DNA from: Vicugna vicugna
Lineage: Eukaryota
Reading direction: 5' to 3'
Length of the DNA stretch: 64,000 bases
Assembly (NCBI GenBank): GCA_013265495.1
Contig: MU057930.1
Span: 1,752,057 to 1,816,056, forward strand
Part shown: piece by piece, positions 49,781 to 62,533 of the stretch
How positions within the stretch are numbered: position 1 is the stretch's first letter
How the letters are laid out: every line of letters starts with the position of its first letter
The notes under the pieces: generated by a model
The model's database searches: none
What the model was told of the DNA's origin: nothing
The model's input: the letters and a program-made list of their open reading frames with translations, nothing else
Made by a program: the position numbers and the translations under genes

Positions 49781-50449
49781 CACTCCACACATAAATCACA
49801 AGAAGTATTCCGACCTCCACTGAAATATCCCTTAGCACAGAGCATCTCAAACATAACATGGACCATTTTATCTGTGGGTCTAGCAATGTACGTGCCCCTT
49901 AAAAAACTGGTGACCTATAAACAAGTTCAATTTCTGCATTTGAAGGAATCAGCATTGCAGACCTGCTCCTTCATTTCTGTTTCCTCTTGACATCAGAGCA
50001 TCTTATCAAGATCAAGTTTCATGACTAACGAAAAAATGTGTACATCTGTGAAGCCCGTCTAGTGGAAACTTCAACCAAGAGGCTTCCCCCAGACCAGGAT
50101 TTAGAATGATCTCTTTCTTTTTATATATATGCCAGGGCAACGCAGGACGGGAACACTTGGCATCAGTTGTGAAGGCCCCTCTTTTGTAATACGGGGAGGA
50201 GGGGTTTTGGTGACCAGAAAGCCTTAGGAAAGAGCACATTTACGAGTGGGGTGTACAGAAATGTATTGCCCTAAAGACATCAGCAGAGCTATCCTCTGAA
50301 AAAATATTTTGGAAAGGTCTCTCCTAGTTTGAAGACCTCTGCTCCAGGATAGATAGGCACGGAATTGCTGAATAACAGGATGTGGCTGATGGACTGGAAC
50401 CAGGTCCCCATTTGTACAGTCCTCCTTGTGCTTTTGTGAGTGTGTGTCC

Positions 50450-50763
50450 CCACCATGTGGACCTTGAATGGCTTTATGATTTGTTCTTCCAACAGAAAAC
50501 AAAGTGATGATGCGTTACTTCCCATGTTCCCCATGCCTGCTGGGTTCCACGACCCAGGTATGCCAGTGGAGCCCAGACAGGCATCCTTGCTGAGAAAGAC
50601 CTTGTCCAGTGAGCACCCAGATGACCTGGAAGCTGACCCCAGATGAAAGGACCTCTCCACTGAGGACAGTCGAGATCTGCAACCCAAAGAATCATGTGCA
50701 AAGGATGATTTAAAATGCTCAGATTTGGGATGGTTTCTTACACGGCAAAAGCTAACTAATACA
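50450..50763 (+). mobile_element. MaLR (MLT1-type) LTR remnant
   Basis: 3' terminus GATTTGGGATGGTTTCTTACACGGCAAAAGCTAACTAATACA. Confidence 0.7.
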
Positions 50764-50899
50764 CCAGCATGAACTTGGATTAACTGCTCAGATAATCACA
50801 TCTCCCTGGGACTTTTGGATACTCCACTTCTCCATCTTTCTGCAAAATTGCTCCCCATATCCCACCCTTGACTCTACCCCTCACCCCATTCTCCTGGCT

Positions 50900-51205
50900 C
50901 ACCTCTCTTTAGGCTTCAACTTTAATTCCTTTCCCTCAGAAAGAGATTCCCTGATCATCCCAACTTTCCATTCGTAAATGCACAGGGGTCACTTTTATTC
51001 ACCTTAGGACGCAATTTTCTTCAAAACTCTTATTATAATTCATAATATGATGTGTCTAATAACTCTCTCCTCATTTGATTCTTAGCTCCCAGAGCACAAA
51101 GACATTGCCTGTTTTTTCTTTTAATACTATATCCCCAAATTTGCAATGACTACCAAACTATTCAGCATGTGGAAGGCACACGATAAATATCTCTGGGGTG
51201 AATCG
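50900..51205 (+). mobile_element. LINE-2 3' end remnant
   Basis: TAGCTCCCAGAGCACAAAGAC...CAGCATGTGGAAGGCACACGATAAATATCTCTGGGGTGAAT. Confidence 0.55.
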
Positions 51206-51509
51206 AGGATTTGTGACCTCAGGCCCACAACTGTTACACTGCAGGAACACTTGTCACACCACCGACAAGGAACAATCATAAATACTGGCGAGGGAAACAC
51301 AGATTCTCCTATGTGGTGTGCATAACTCATTCAAATACAGAAATGAAAGGTTGAGCTCTCTTATTTGCTTTTTAGAATGTTATTGGATTGTTATTTACCG
51401 TTACTTGGCCGTAGAAAGGCTTCTGTTTTGTTGATTAGTTTAGAGTTTTGTTGTTTCTGTTTTGTTTTGTTTTCATTTTTCACTTATAGTATGTAAGAAT
51501 TCTGCCACT

Positions 51510-52140
51510 TAGATATCTGTCAGACATGAAAACTCTAATTCAAAATATCTATGCACCCCAGTGTTCATAGCAGCACCACTCAGAATAGCCAAGACATGGA
51601 AATAATCCAAGTGTCCATCAACATATGACTGGATAAAGAAGATGAGGTACATATACACACAACGGAATACTACTCAGCCATAAAAAAGAATTAAATAATG
51701 CCATCTGCAGCAACATGGCTGGCCCTAGAGAATATTATACTAAGTGAAGTAAATCAGACAGAGAAAGAGAAATATTATATGATATCACTTATCTGTGGAA
51801 TCTAAAAAAATAACACAAATGAATCTGTATACAAAACAGAAACAGACTCACAGACACAGAAAACAAGCTTATGGTTACCAAAGGGGAGAGGGAAAGGGGA
51901 GGGATAAATTAAGAGTTTGGGAGTAAGAGATAGAAACTATTATACATGAAATAGATAAGCAACAAGGATTAGCTGCATAACACAGGGAACTATATCTAAT
52001 ATCTTAAAATAACTTATAATGCAGACTAAGCTAAACCATATATATATACACATATATGTATATGAATCGCTTTGCTGTACACCTGAAACTAACACAATGT
52101 TGTAAATCAACTCTACTTGAATTTTAAAAAGAAAAGAAAA
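51510..52140 (+). mobile_element. LINE-1 3' fragment
   Basis: GAAAACTCTAATTCAAAA...GGAATACTACTCAGCCATAAAAAAG...GTAAATCAACTCTACTTGAATTTTAAAAAG. Confidence 0.9.
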
Positions 52141-53789
52141 CTAAAAGAATTCAGTTAATTTATCTTGGGTTGTTATTTCAGGAAAATCAGAGGCGTTATG
52201 TTTGTGATTACAGTAAACACAGGTCTAATTCTCTCTAATGTTCTAGACGTTCAAACTGCCTCATTGCAATAAGGCAAATGATACGAGTGATTTTTTTTTT
52301 TTTTTTTTTTGCAGGAGGGGTATGCGTGTTTTCTTTTTCTGTGACTGGCTTCGGAAAACAGACTAAGATAAAAATGTGAACAACAATTTTCTTGTTTTGC
52401 TGGAATTAGGAGGAACTGATTTCATACTTTCTCTGGGAAAAATCAAAATAAATCTAACATTTTACTGTTCTCCGAAGTATGTCTATGCTTCTTATTAAAA
52501 TCTCAGGGCACCGCATAGACTTACATAAGCATTGGTTTGTTATAAATTGTCTTATTAAAATATTTCTGTTCACAGGAATCATAGGCACATCCTATTAGAT
52601 TTACATGCATTTGTCCCATTTTTATTAGAACTCACAGCTCATAGAATATATTACCTCCCTGAGCAACCTCCCTGAGCTCCAGATTAAATGACAGTGTATT
52701 TAAAAACCGGAATTAATTTAATATGGAATTACGCTAGATCTTTTCTCTGCATCTTTATTTGGAAAACTCATGCTGCACGGGCTTTGATTTGCCCTGAAGC
52801 AACTCTTGAAATGTTGTATTAAAAAAAAAAACAATAAATAGAAAAACAATGTATATTTGTGTGTAGATATGTATATAGTAAAACATATATTAAACATATT
52901 ATTTATACACATACACATATTTACACACACATTCATATATTCTCTGCCAAGACTCTGGAAGATTTGGCGTTCTGTTTCCTGGTGTTAACTGTGACCAAAA
53001 GCTTCCTTATGGAGTTAGAACATATATACCACTGACCAATGGGACTGTCTGGCGTGCGGGACAAGAATTATGGGGAGCCAGAGCCGCTGGGTTACTCTCT
53101 TTGTACTGTCTATAAAAAAGAATAAGCTGTCTGCATCTCAAAGCGGCTTGTCCAGCTTTGCAGCGGACTCAGCCCCGCTACCTGGAGTTTTCCCCGTCCG
53201 TGTGTGTGACCCAGGGCTCCAGCAGGAAATCACGTCCTCCAGAGAAAATTAAGTCTCAATTTATACTAAATCAGCTCACTCTCCAGGGCCTGAGCCTGTC
53301 CTGCGGGAAGAGGCAAATCGAATGACCTGAGTTAAAGGTCCTAAAAAAAAAAATACATTTTTTTCTTTTGTTTTCTTTTTTTTTTTTTTTAAAGAATCAC
53401 AAGGTCACTCGAGTCTTTGGAGCACAGGGTCATTCTTCCCGCAGATAAGGACTTTTGCTGCTTTGTCTGCTTTTGAACTTAGCGGACGGCCCCCCAGAGA
53501 GCTGTTCCTTGTCCCTTTCAGTGAGAAACTAAAAGAATATAATCATCAAAGATGTCAACCAGAAAACAAACTTGAGGGAAGCGACTCTCAACCCGGTTTT
53601 TCCAGTTGGATTATATTCATTCAACACATTCTGTATAAAGGGCTCTATTATTTATTCAAAATATCCCACTCCCTTCCCTGGGGAACTATGATACCTTCCC
53701 CCACCTGCAGACATGAATCTTCACCAACAAAGGTGAACACAAAAGACCCACGTCACTTTCAGGCTGAAACACTATAACCATATATATAT

Positions 53790-54002
53790 ATTTCCCCCTA
53801 CTACCACCAGACCAGCATGGCTTGGATGGGGATGACCCCTTCAAGCCTTGGTCTTGGAAAGAAGAGGGTGTAGACAACATTCAGTCACACCAAAATTGAC
53901 ACAAACTTCATGAAAGAGAAAGGAGCTTTCGTTGTTGCAAGCTGCTGAAATTTTATAGTCTTTTGTTACAGCAGCACAACTTAGCCTAAGCTGACTGTTG
54001 CA
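53790..54002 (+). mobile_element. MaLR (MLT1-type) LTR 3' remnant
   Basis: TTGTTACAGCAGCACAACTTAGCCTAAGCTGACTGTTGCA terminus. Confidence 0.6.
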
Positions 54003-54529
54003 TCTCTTTGCTTCTCTCCAGTAGGAACACACACACACACATACACACACACACATTCAGCCACATGTATACTCAGACTGGTACACAGCCTCTCTTAACA
54101 TTCCAAACATTCCAATGTACAGCTCCATCATCCAAGAGGTCATTTTCAATCAGAAATGTGTCTGCTTCCCGAGCACGCTTAGTATTTGTAAACCAAAGCC
54201 AATGTGGCAGTTTTCCCGTAAGAGTGCCTGCCTCATTTTTCTAGTAGCACCGCAGTTTTCCTCACCTGTTACAGAAAATTAGTACCTCTGTACTTGGGAC
54301 TAACTACCATGTAACTCGTGGAGTGAAAACATGGGACTGTTGGCATAAAGTACCCACATATTTGTGCTGACTAAGCAAAATACTATCATGATGACGTTGT
54401 AAAATAATGGAGACGAGGAAAAGATCACACTGTCTCCTTTAATCCAGTCATCGGGAACTTTCTGAAGGAGGAGCTTAAATTGCCCGTGTTTGCTTAACAC
54501 ATGCAGGGTACTGTCCCATATACTCTGTA

Positions 54530-54685
54530 ACCACCTGAAATCTAGTCAGGAACTATTTTTGCCCTACACTGTACAGATGAGACAACTGTAGCAAAAACCC
54601 CCCAAAAACAAATAAGTAACTTGGTCGAGGAGTACAACCTGACACAGTTTGGAGATTCAAACCCAGAACCCAAACCCAGCCTGGC
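54530..54685 (-). mobile_element. MIR SINE fragment
   Basis: TACAGATGAGACAACTG...AAGTAACTTGGTCGAGG...GATTCAAACCCAG. Confidence 0.6.
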
Positions 54686-55799
54686 AATCAGACGTCACCA
54701 TTTGGGAAATAGTGAAAACCATCTTATGCAAGGTGGCAGGTTCGTCTCTGGCAAAGGGATTTTGTTTTTGCTCCCCCAGATAACTTATAAATCATAGATG
54801 AATAAGCCATAGATGGGGTCCTGGGAGCACTGGTCTAGTAAAGAAAATGAAAAACACCTAAATAATTAAGTAGACGAAGGACAATTGTTGTTCAGGAAAA
54901 GCCAAGAACTGGGAGTTGGAAATCATGTTTCAAAGGAATGGTGAGGAGACAAAGAGTAAATTCAAAAAGACCCCATTGCCTGGGGGTGGGTATCAATCAT
55001 CAGATTATTATTTATCAAGTAAAAGCCATTCTTTGGGCAAGACTGTGGCAGTGAACTTGAAAAAGACACCTGTATTTTGAACACAGTCCTAGGTGCTAGC
55101 CATAAAGAGATTCTTAAGCTATTCAAAGCCACTGGCTCTAAGGACACAGAATCCTTCTGTAATGCTGCGATCAGAAAATATAAGCCAACTTTAGTGAACA
55201 CCTCCTGATAATCTGTCATTTGCCTCCGTTTTCATATTCTCACATATTTACATTAGCATTCTATTGCTTCAGAGAATAACACCCGGTGGTGATTGTTCGA
55301 GCGGATTAGACGTTTAATCCCATAGGCTTAATGACGTTAAGCCAATCAATCCATTCTATGCTAAATCCATAAAGTGTTCGCTTCAGGCCAAGACGTAAGC
55401 TTAATATCCCTCTAGGTGTTTACAGGTTTATGCTAAATGAGTTCCATTTTTGAAAGCATGTTATTTTGAGAGCCACAGACAAAGCCATGGCTAGCTTAAG
55501 GATTTCATTTCTTTGGTAATTATATGCAACTTCAGGTATTTATGAAAATCTCTCAACGTTATGGATTTGGGTTATTATGGGCGTTACTTTCAGTTGACAG
55601 AACCAGGAATGAGTCAGTCCAGCTCAAAACATTTCACAGCAGAAAGAAGAGTTAATAAGAAGAGGGTAAAGAGTGTCCTGAGATACTCAACGGCCAGTCC
55701 TTCACCTAGAAAACCCGGGCTCACTCTCGTAGTTGCCAGCATCCTGACCAGCTTTTGAGATTTGGATGAAACTTCTTCCCTGCAGGGACTTCTGGTTTG

Positions 55800-56055
55800 T
55801 TTTTTTTTTTTGACACTTTTTAATTTTTTGTTGAAGTATAGTTGATTTACAATGTTGTGTTAATTTCTGGTGTACAGCAAAGTGATTCAGATATATATAT
55901 ATATTATTTTTCAGATTATTTACACTATAGTTTATTACAAGGTATTGAATATAGTTCCCTGTACTATACTTTAGGACCTTGTTGTTTATCTCTTTTATGT
56001 GCAGTAGTGCATATCTGCTAATCGCAAACACCTAATTTACCCCTCTTCGTCCCCT
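55800..56055 (-). mobile_element. LINE-1 3' end
   Basis: TTGAAGTATAGTTGATTTACAATGTTGTGTTAATTTCTGGTGTACAGC...ATTGAATATAGTTCCCTGT. Confidence 0.9.
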
Positions 56056-58648
56056 GAAGGGACCTCTCTTAAGAAGCAACTTCCCACTATGGTGTCCAGG
56101 TAGCATCTCTGATGTAAACTTCTGAACTAAAACTCACAAAAACAAATAAACAGATGTAAAAGTCAGAGGCAACCCAGAACAGCTGAAAATCTGAGGCCAC
56201 AGCTGGCGGGTTTCTATGAACCTCACTCATGAAGCTGAAGAGAGTTCAGTGTATTCAGAGGTCCTCCGATGGCATTACCGCCCTGGGAGTTGCTCTGTAA
56301 GCCTCATGGGAAACGAATTAGGGAATAACTGGAAATCTCCCTTCTCCCTGCATTCAGTCACCTGTCACAAAGAACGGCGCCTGTCTGTACAAACTAAGAC
56401 GTGTTCCTACCTTGTGGTGGTGTGGGCGGTGCCTGGACATTCATTCAGGAAACCTGCTGACTCCAACATTTCTATGTACACCTTCAAATTAAACATGTCT
56501 TAAACCAACCAAAACAAACATGGAAATATCCAGTCATTAGTTGCTGCTGCAGGGTTGGACGAGTCAGGAAAAGTCTTAGAAATCCAATGAAGTTTTTCCA
56601 CACACTCAGCACGTACAAGGTCTCTGAGCACTAACTCATACTTCGACTGTCTTAGTAAGGGGTCGTGCTGCCTGGAGCTGAGTATCTCATTACAAACTGA
56701 GTTTGAGAAGGGGTTGACTAGATCGACAATTGAAGAGGGTCTCCACTTCTAAGGAGCCCCAGGTACGTGAGCAGGTGGTCTGGGACCACCCCGCTGACTA
56801 ATGACAACCTGATGGAACGCTAGCAAAGGCAAGGACCTCTGACATATATATGGCTTCTATTGTCAGACACCCGATGGAGTGAGGAGGTAGAAAATGGGAA
56901 AGCCAGCATGTGTTTTATGGGGAATAAACACAGCACAGGACAAAAGAAACCCACAGGCTTTGGAAGACTCCACGGGAACATTCAGATAACCATGTGCCAT
57001 TTTTCAGGGAGCAAAATAAGATTCAGTTTCCTTTGTTCACAGGCACAGAAAGGCATCAGCCTGAGTAAAGGCTGAGGTGCTGAAGGCTGATGGGAAGAAA
57101 CAGCAAGTTTAGAGAAGGGATTAAAATCCACACTCTTGGAGAGAAAACAAAAAAGCATAAACAAATCTGTACCTTAGATCAGAAAACAGAAATGGACATT
57201 GATAGACAGTATAAGACAAAGAAGCAAGTCTTTAAGGGGACACTCAGTACACACTGCATTGATACATTTGAAAAAATCTTGCTGCAGAAGTACTTTGCAA
57301 GGGAACTACCATAAGGAGGTGGGACTTGAATGCAAGAAAAATCTGTAAAGTCAAGTCCTCGGTATCTCCTCAGGTATAAAGGCCTTCAAAGACTCCAAAG
57401 CCAGAAAACCACACTGTGTGTTTCCTTCTCCACCCAAATGCCGTTCAAGTAGCAGCACCAAACGGTGGAGGTTCGGTTAAGAAAAATCCCAGCACGTTCC
57501 GGGGTCTGCTCTGCTGGGCCACTTGGATAAATAACACAAAATGTTACATTAAAAAAAAAAAAGATTTGTTGTGATCTAATAAAGAATTGGGTTTGTGCGA
57601 AGAGTGTTGACAATGATTGAACAGGAAGAATGTAGTATTTTGCTTGGTCTCAACAGTGGAAGGAAGAAAGTCAAATGACAGCCAAGAGAAATATCAGAGG
57701 AGAAAAAAAACCATCCCAAAGATGGCAAATAGCATGTGATACAATTCACATATTTAATTAAGGAGTCACAGTCTCAGCAGTATTTATTCTGACAGGGGAA
57801 ACTTTAACCCTTTAATTCTGTCAGTGGAAAGCTGACATATCATCGCAGGGAACAGGCTTTGGGGAAAGGTTGTAATGTGTGAATTTTCCCTAACAGGATA
57901 AGCAATGAAATGATGTCCATCACTTTTCAAGATGTTTCTGCAAGTCCTAGCTAATGTGTTAAACATTAAGAAGGAATGAGAACTGAAAACGTGAGAAAGG
58001 AGTAGCAATTTCCTGCAAATGATTATCTAACCAGGGGAAAACAATTTAGAACACCGACAAAATCAGTTAGAATGGAAGACTTATTGGTTCTAACTGTATG
58101 AACACAACACGCAAAATCAACTTTCATACACAGAGGAACATATTTAGAAAGAAATGTTTTTCGTATTAGTAAATGCTCTAGGAACAACCTTAAGAAGTGT
58201 AAAACCCACAATGTATAAAATCTATCAAATTATAACAGGCATAAAAGATGAACCGTATTTATTTGGAAGTATTCAGTGGTAGAAACCGTGTGCAACATTA
58301 TTAATGCATTTTCAAATGAATTCATTGGTAATCAGATTGTCTGACAACTGAACAAAATTATTATAACATCAATTCTGAAAAACATATGCAAGTATGAATA
58401 ATTTTGGCTCAAAGAAGGTTAAAGGAGGTTTTTCTGCCCTCATTGCATTATTTATAATATTACTAATAATTGCAGAATGAGCATGATAAAGTCTTTTCTT
58501 TTAAAAAGTACCATTAACTAAACATTTGAAAAGAGAGAAATATAAAAACATCATCTTGGTACAAAATTTATTCTGGATTCATTAAATATTTATTATTTCA
58601 AAAAAAACAATAAACGTATCTGTGAGACTATTGCATTTAGGTTGATAT

Positions 58649-58808
58649 TGTTTTTAAATTTAACTTAATTTGATTTTGGGGTTTTTTTGTGGGAGATTAG
58701 GTAATTAGGTTTATTTAATTATTTATCTTTAATGGAGGTGCTCGGGATTGAACCCAGGACCTCGTGCATGCTAGGCATGCGCTCTACCACTGAACTATAC
58801 CCTCCCAC
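58649..58808 (-). mobile_element. tRNA-derived SINE, vic-1-like
   Basis: Reverse complement of GGGAGGGTATAGTTCAGTGGTAGAGCGCATGCCTAGCATGCACGAGGTCCTGGGTTCAATCCC; imperfect TSD TAGGT(TG/GA)ATATT. Confidence 0.9.
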
Positions 58809-59018
58809 CTAGGTGAATATTCTGAGCTGAAATATATTTATTAATAAAGAAAGGTAGCATTGATTAATAAAGATGATGGCATTCTGGTTTTATATACAGG
58901 CACATAAATGATTGTATAGTCAGCTTCTACAGGGATGTTTTCCGAATGCCGCTCTGAGTGTACACACACACACACACATATAATGTATATACACGTTGAT
59001 CATTTATGAGAAAGTACA

Positions 59019-59492
59019 CAGGAAGACCTTGCTTTACTGTGCTTCACCTGACTGTGCCTCGCACGTATTGCATTTTTCACAGATTGAAGGCTGGCGGCAA
59101 CCTTGCCTCGGGCACGCCCACTGGTGCCCTTTTCCCAGCAGCACTGGCTCACTTTGTGTCTCTAAGTCACATTTCGGTCATTCTCACAATATTTCCGACT
59201 TTGTCATCCTTACTATATTGGTTATGGTGACCTGCCATCAGTGGTCTTTGATGTTCCTATGGTCGCTGCCATTTCTTCGGCATCCTTTAGCAATGAAGTA
59301 TTTGAAGTTAGAGTATGTACATTGTTCTGTTAGACGTAATGCTACCGCACACTTGACACACTGCAGACTAGTGTGCACACAGCTTCTGTGTGTCCTGGGA
59401 AAACAAAAAATTCAAGTGTCTCTCTTTATTGCAATATTTGCTTTACTGTGGTGGTCTGGGACCCAACCCGAAATATCTCTGAGGGGTGCCTG
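59019..59492 (+). mobile_element. Non-autonomous Tigger1 internal-deletion derivative (TcMar-Tigger)
   Basis: Termini CAGGAAGACCT...GAGGGGTGCCTG followed by TA; the left and right Tigger1 arms are joined with no transposase. Confidence 0.88.
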
Positions 59493-59494
59493 TA

Positions 59495-60191
59495 TATTTA
59501 TATGCATGTAAACATATAAATGCGTATATAAATACATATAATTTTAAAATAGTAAAAGCAAATGTGCATAAAATGTATACACATATTAAAAATAATTGAA
59601 TCACTCACAAAATATGTCTATATACATACATATTTGTGCACACACAAATGTATACATATATTTAATAAAGATTAGCATCACTCAGAAAATATTTATTTTA
59701 TGTGTACTTTAACATATATTTCACATATATTCATATATGCTTGAATATATATTTCATATATATTTATATAAATTTATATATATTTAAATATATATGAGGT
59801 GTATAAAAATAATATATAAAATATATATAAAATGTATATATGTGAAATATATTTTTAATGTTTAAATATATTTTTAAAAATTTAAAAATAAATATATATT
59901 TATATACATGAAAAATAAATTTAAATATATATTTTATATACATTTATTTAAATTAAAATATGTATATTTACAAAAATTTGTGTACACACATACATATATA
60001 CATATATATTTAGTGAAAATTAGCTTCACTTACAAAATACATATTTATATTTATATATTTAAATAAAATATGCATATGTCCATATATATTTGTGCACACA
60101 CATTTGTACATATGTGAATATGTGTATTTAATAAAGACAGCATCACTGAGGAAATAGATATACTTACACATACTTAAATTATATATATATA
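59495..60191. repeat. Extremely AT-rich (TA)n-like low-complexity tract
   Basis: Directly visible. Confidence 0.95.
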
Positions 60192-60451
60192 GTCAGAAAC
60201 AGAAAGGACTCAGAGAGAAAATGATATTGGGTGTCAAAAGTAAGGAAAAGAGAAAAAGAGAATCAACCAATAAAGAACATACAACATAAGAGGGCTGGTG
60301 CAGAAGGAAGCAGAGATAATTGTGCAGAATCCGGATAAAGACTGAAGACCATATTTCTGAGAGTAACAGCCCTGTCGTTTCCAGAATAATACGTGAAAAG
60401 AGCTGAGCTCGGAGACGCAGCCGGGTGACTTGCTTTAAAATCAGTGAAGCA

Positions 60452-60587
60452 TATTCTTTTTCATTAAAGGTGATTACAAGGGAAAAGAATATGATGACGA
60501 ATATATGTATGTCTATACATGACTGGGACATGACGCTGTACCCCAGAAATGGACACACTGTAACTGACTGCACTTCAATTAAAAAAA
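60452..60587 (+). mobile_element. Very short LINE-1 3' end with 5' inversion
   Basis: Antisense L1 piece (about 60450-60480) joined to a sense tail; TSD AAAATCAGTGA(A/T)GCA at 60437-60451 and 60588-60602. Confidence 0.85.
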
Positions 60588-61991
60588 AAAATCAGTGATG
60601 CAAAGAAAAGCAAACAGAATGACAGGCGTCCGAGAAGAAACCAGCAGAACCTCCCTGCAGGAGCGGGCATCTCTGGAGGCATCCTTCAGGACTGGACATC
60701 AGCCCAACCCCAGATGAGAGGGCCACTGTCAAAGGCTCTGTGGGCTCTCCTCACCCAGCTCCCACCCCACCACGGCCCTGGCTGTGATCTGAGGGTCAGC
60801 TGTGTAGACATCCCAGGACACCCCTATTCCCAAAGGAGCCAAAGGAGTTAGCCAGTCTGAAATGTCCCCAGTCCTTTGGGTACCAGGTGACAGGAAGAAA
60901 CGTCAGACTATGGACAGGCAAAGAGCATTCCAGGTGGCGGTGGTGTTCCATCCATCTCCATCCCAGGTGCTGGGGTTCCATCCATCCCTGGTTCTTGGTC
61001 CCGTGGGGTTCCACATGTATCCCGCCCTGTGCTCCAATGGGTTTCTACATTCTTTGTACAATCTGTGTTCTATCTGTCACTTTGCTTGTGATTCGCTCCC
61101 TAAAACGTCTTCAGGACCATTATAAACACAAAATCTCTCTCACTTTAGAATTCTCTGGACTAGTTCATGGGGCAGGATCTGTTATATTTTGGTGGAAAAC
61201 CCTTGCCAATCTGTCCTTTGAGAAAATATTTTCTGAGATGCACATACCAAGAAACTATATGCTCCCTGATGGCTCTTGTAAAGTTAATACGAAGAAATGC
61301 TCCCGTCGTGTAATACGTTGAGGAGAATGAAACTCCACTAAGGTCAAGAATTCAAGTAGCATGAAGTCAGAATTAAGGTGAAGGTTGGGGAAATAACGAC
61401 AAAGAAGGACTGAAAATTATACACAGAATAATCACTTCAAATTTCTTGTTAAACAAAGTGAGATGTCAGATAAATATGATTTGAAAAAAAAGAGTATTTT
61501 AGCTAATAATACGGGACTATGTATAAAATCACCTGTGATGTTAAAAAAAAAAAAGAAAACACCATAAGCTGCCAATTTCAGGCAGTTAACAGGAAAAAGT
61601 AAAGATACAATGGGAAAGTCCCAAATTGTCTCACCAAGCTACTCAACTGGAGAAATTCGTGACAAATGATTTTTTGAAATCTAAAAATAGTCAGTGGTAG
61701 AAGTTAGGGTATGACACTGTCACTGTACTTTATGTCTAAAGATACGTCCGGGACACTTTTGTTCTCTGTTTCATTTACCTCAGTGCCTGTGGCACCTTCA
61801 TCAGAGACGTTATTTTAGTCTGTTCATGCTGCTGTAACAAAAACAAATATTTTATATGCAGATATATACACACACGTATGTGTGTGCAACAAAATGTATA
61901 TATATACATAACAAAACGTGATTTAGAAGCCACACAGTGGGTGGCTTCTAAGTGACAGAAATGTACTTCTCACAGTTCGATAGGCTGTTAA

Positions 61992-62330
61992 ACAGAAAAT
62001 GGCCAATCGGCACATGAAAAAATGCTCAGTGTCACTAATGATCAGAGAAACGCAAATCACAACAATTCTGACCGGAGTGAGGTGGGAAGGGATACACTGG
62101 GGAGTTTGAGATCTGCAGATACTAACTACTAAATATACGGTAGGTAAGCAAGAAGTTTATGCTGCGTAGCGCAGGGAACTATATTCAATATGGTATAGTA
62201 ACCTATAGTGAAAAAGAATATGAAGAGGGATATATGGATGACCGAAACATGATGCTGTACACCAAAAATTGACACAACATTGAGAATTAACTATATCTCA
62301 ATTAAAAAAAAAAGAGGCTGACCATAACTC

Positions 62331-62375
<45 letters not shown>

Positions 62376-62456
62376 GGACAATAAAAAAAAAAAAAAAAAA
62401 AAAAAAAAAGTAGGACAATAAAAAAAAAAAAAAAAAAAAAAAAAAAGTAGGACAAT

Positions 62457-62487
<31 letters not shown>

Positions 62488-62533
62488 CTGACCATAACTC
62501 ATTTAAAAAAAGAAAAAAAAAAAAGAAAAAAAG
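61992..62533 (+). mobile_element. Internally deleted LINE-1 fragment with compound, patterned poly(A) tail
   Basis: ORF2-end motif GGCCAATCGGCACATGAAAAAATGCTCA joined to the 3' UTR; TSD AGGCTGTTAA at 61982-61991 and 62534-62543. Confidence 0.85.
62373..62483. repeat. Three perfect 37-bp units GTAGGACAAT(A)27
   Basis: Units start at 62373, 62410 and 62447, preceded by A39 (62334-62372). Confidence 0.95.

Noticed and set aside
58996..59511. 171-aa ORF as a possible transposase
   Set aside because: It spans the non-coding arms of an internally deleted Tigger1, with no DDE or HTH features
62373..62483. Regular 37-bp periodicity resembling a CRISPR array
   Set aside because: The spacers are pure poly(A), there are no cas genes, and the context is a mammalian retrotransposon tail
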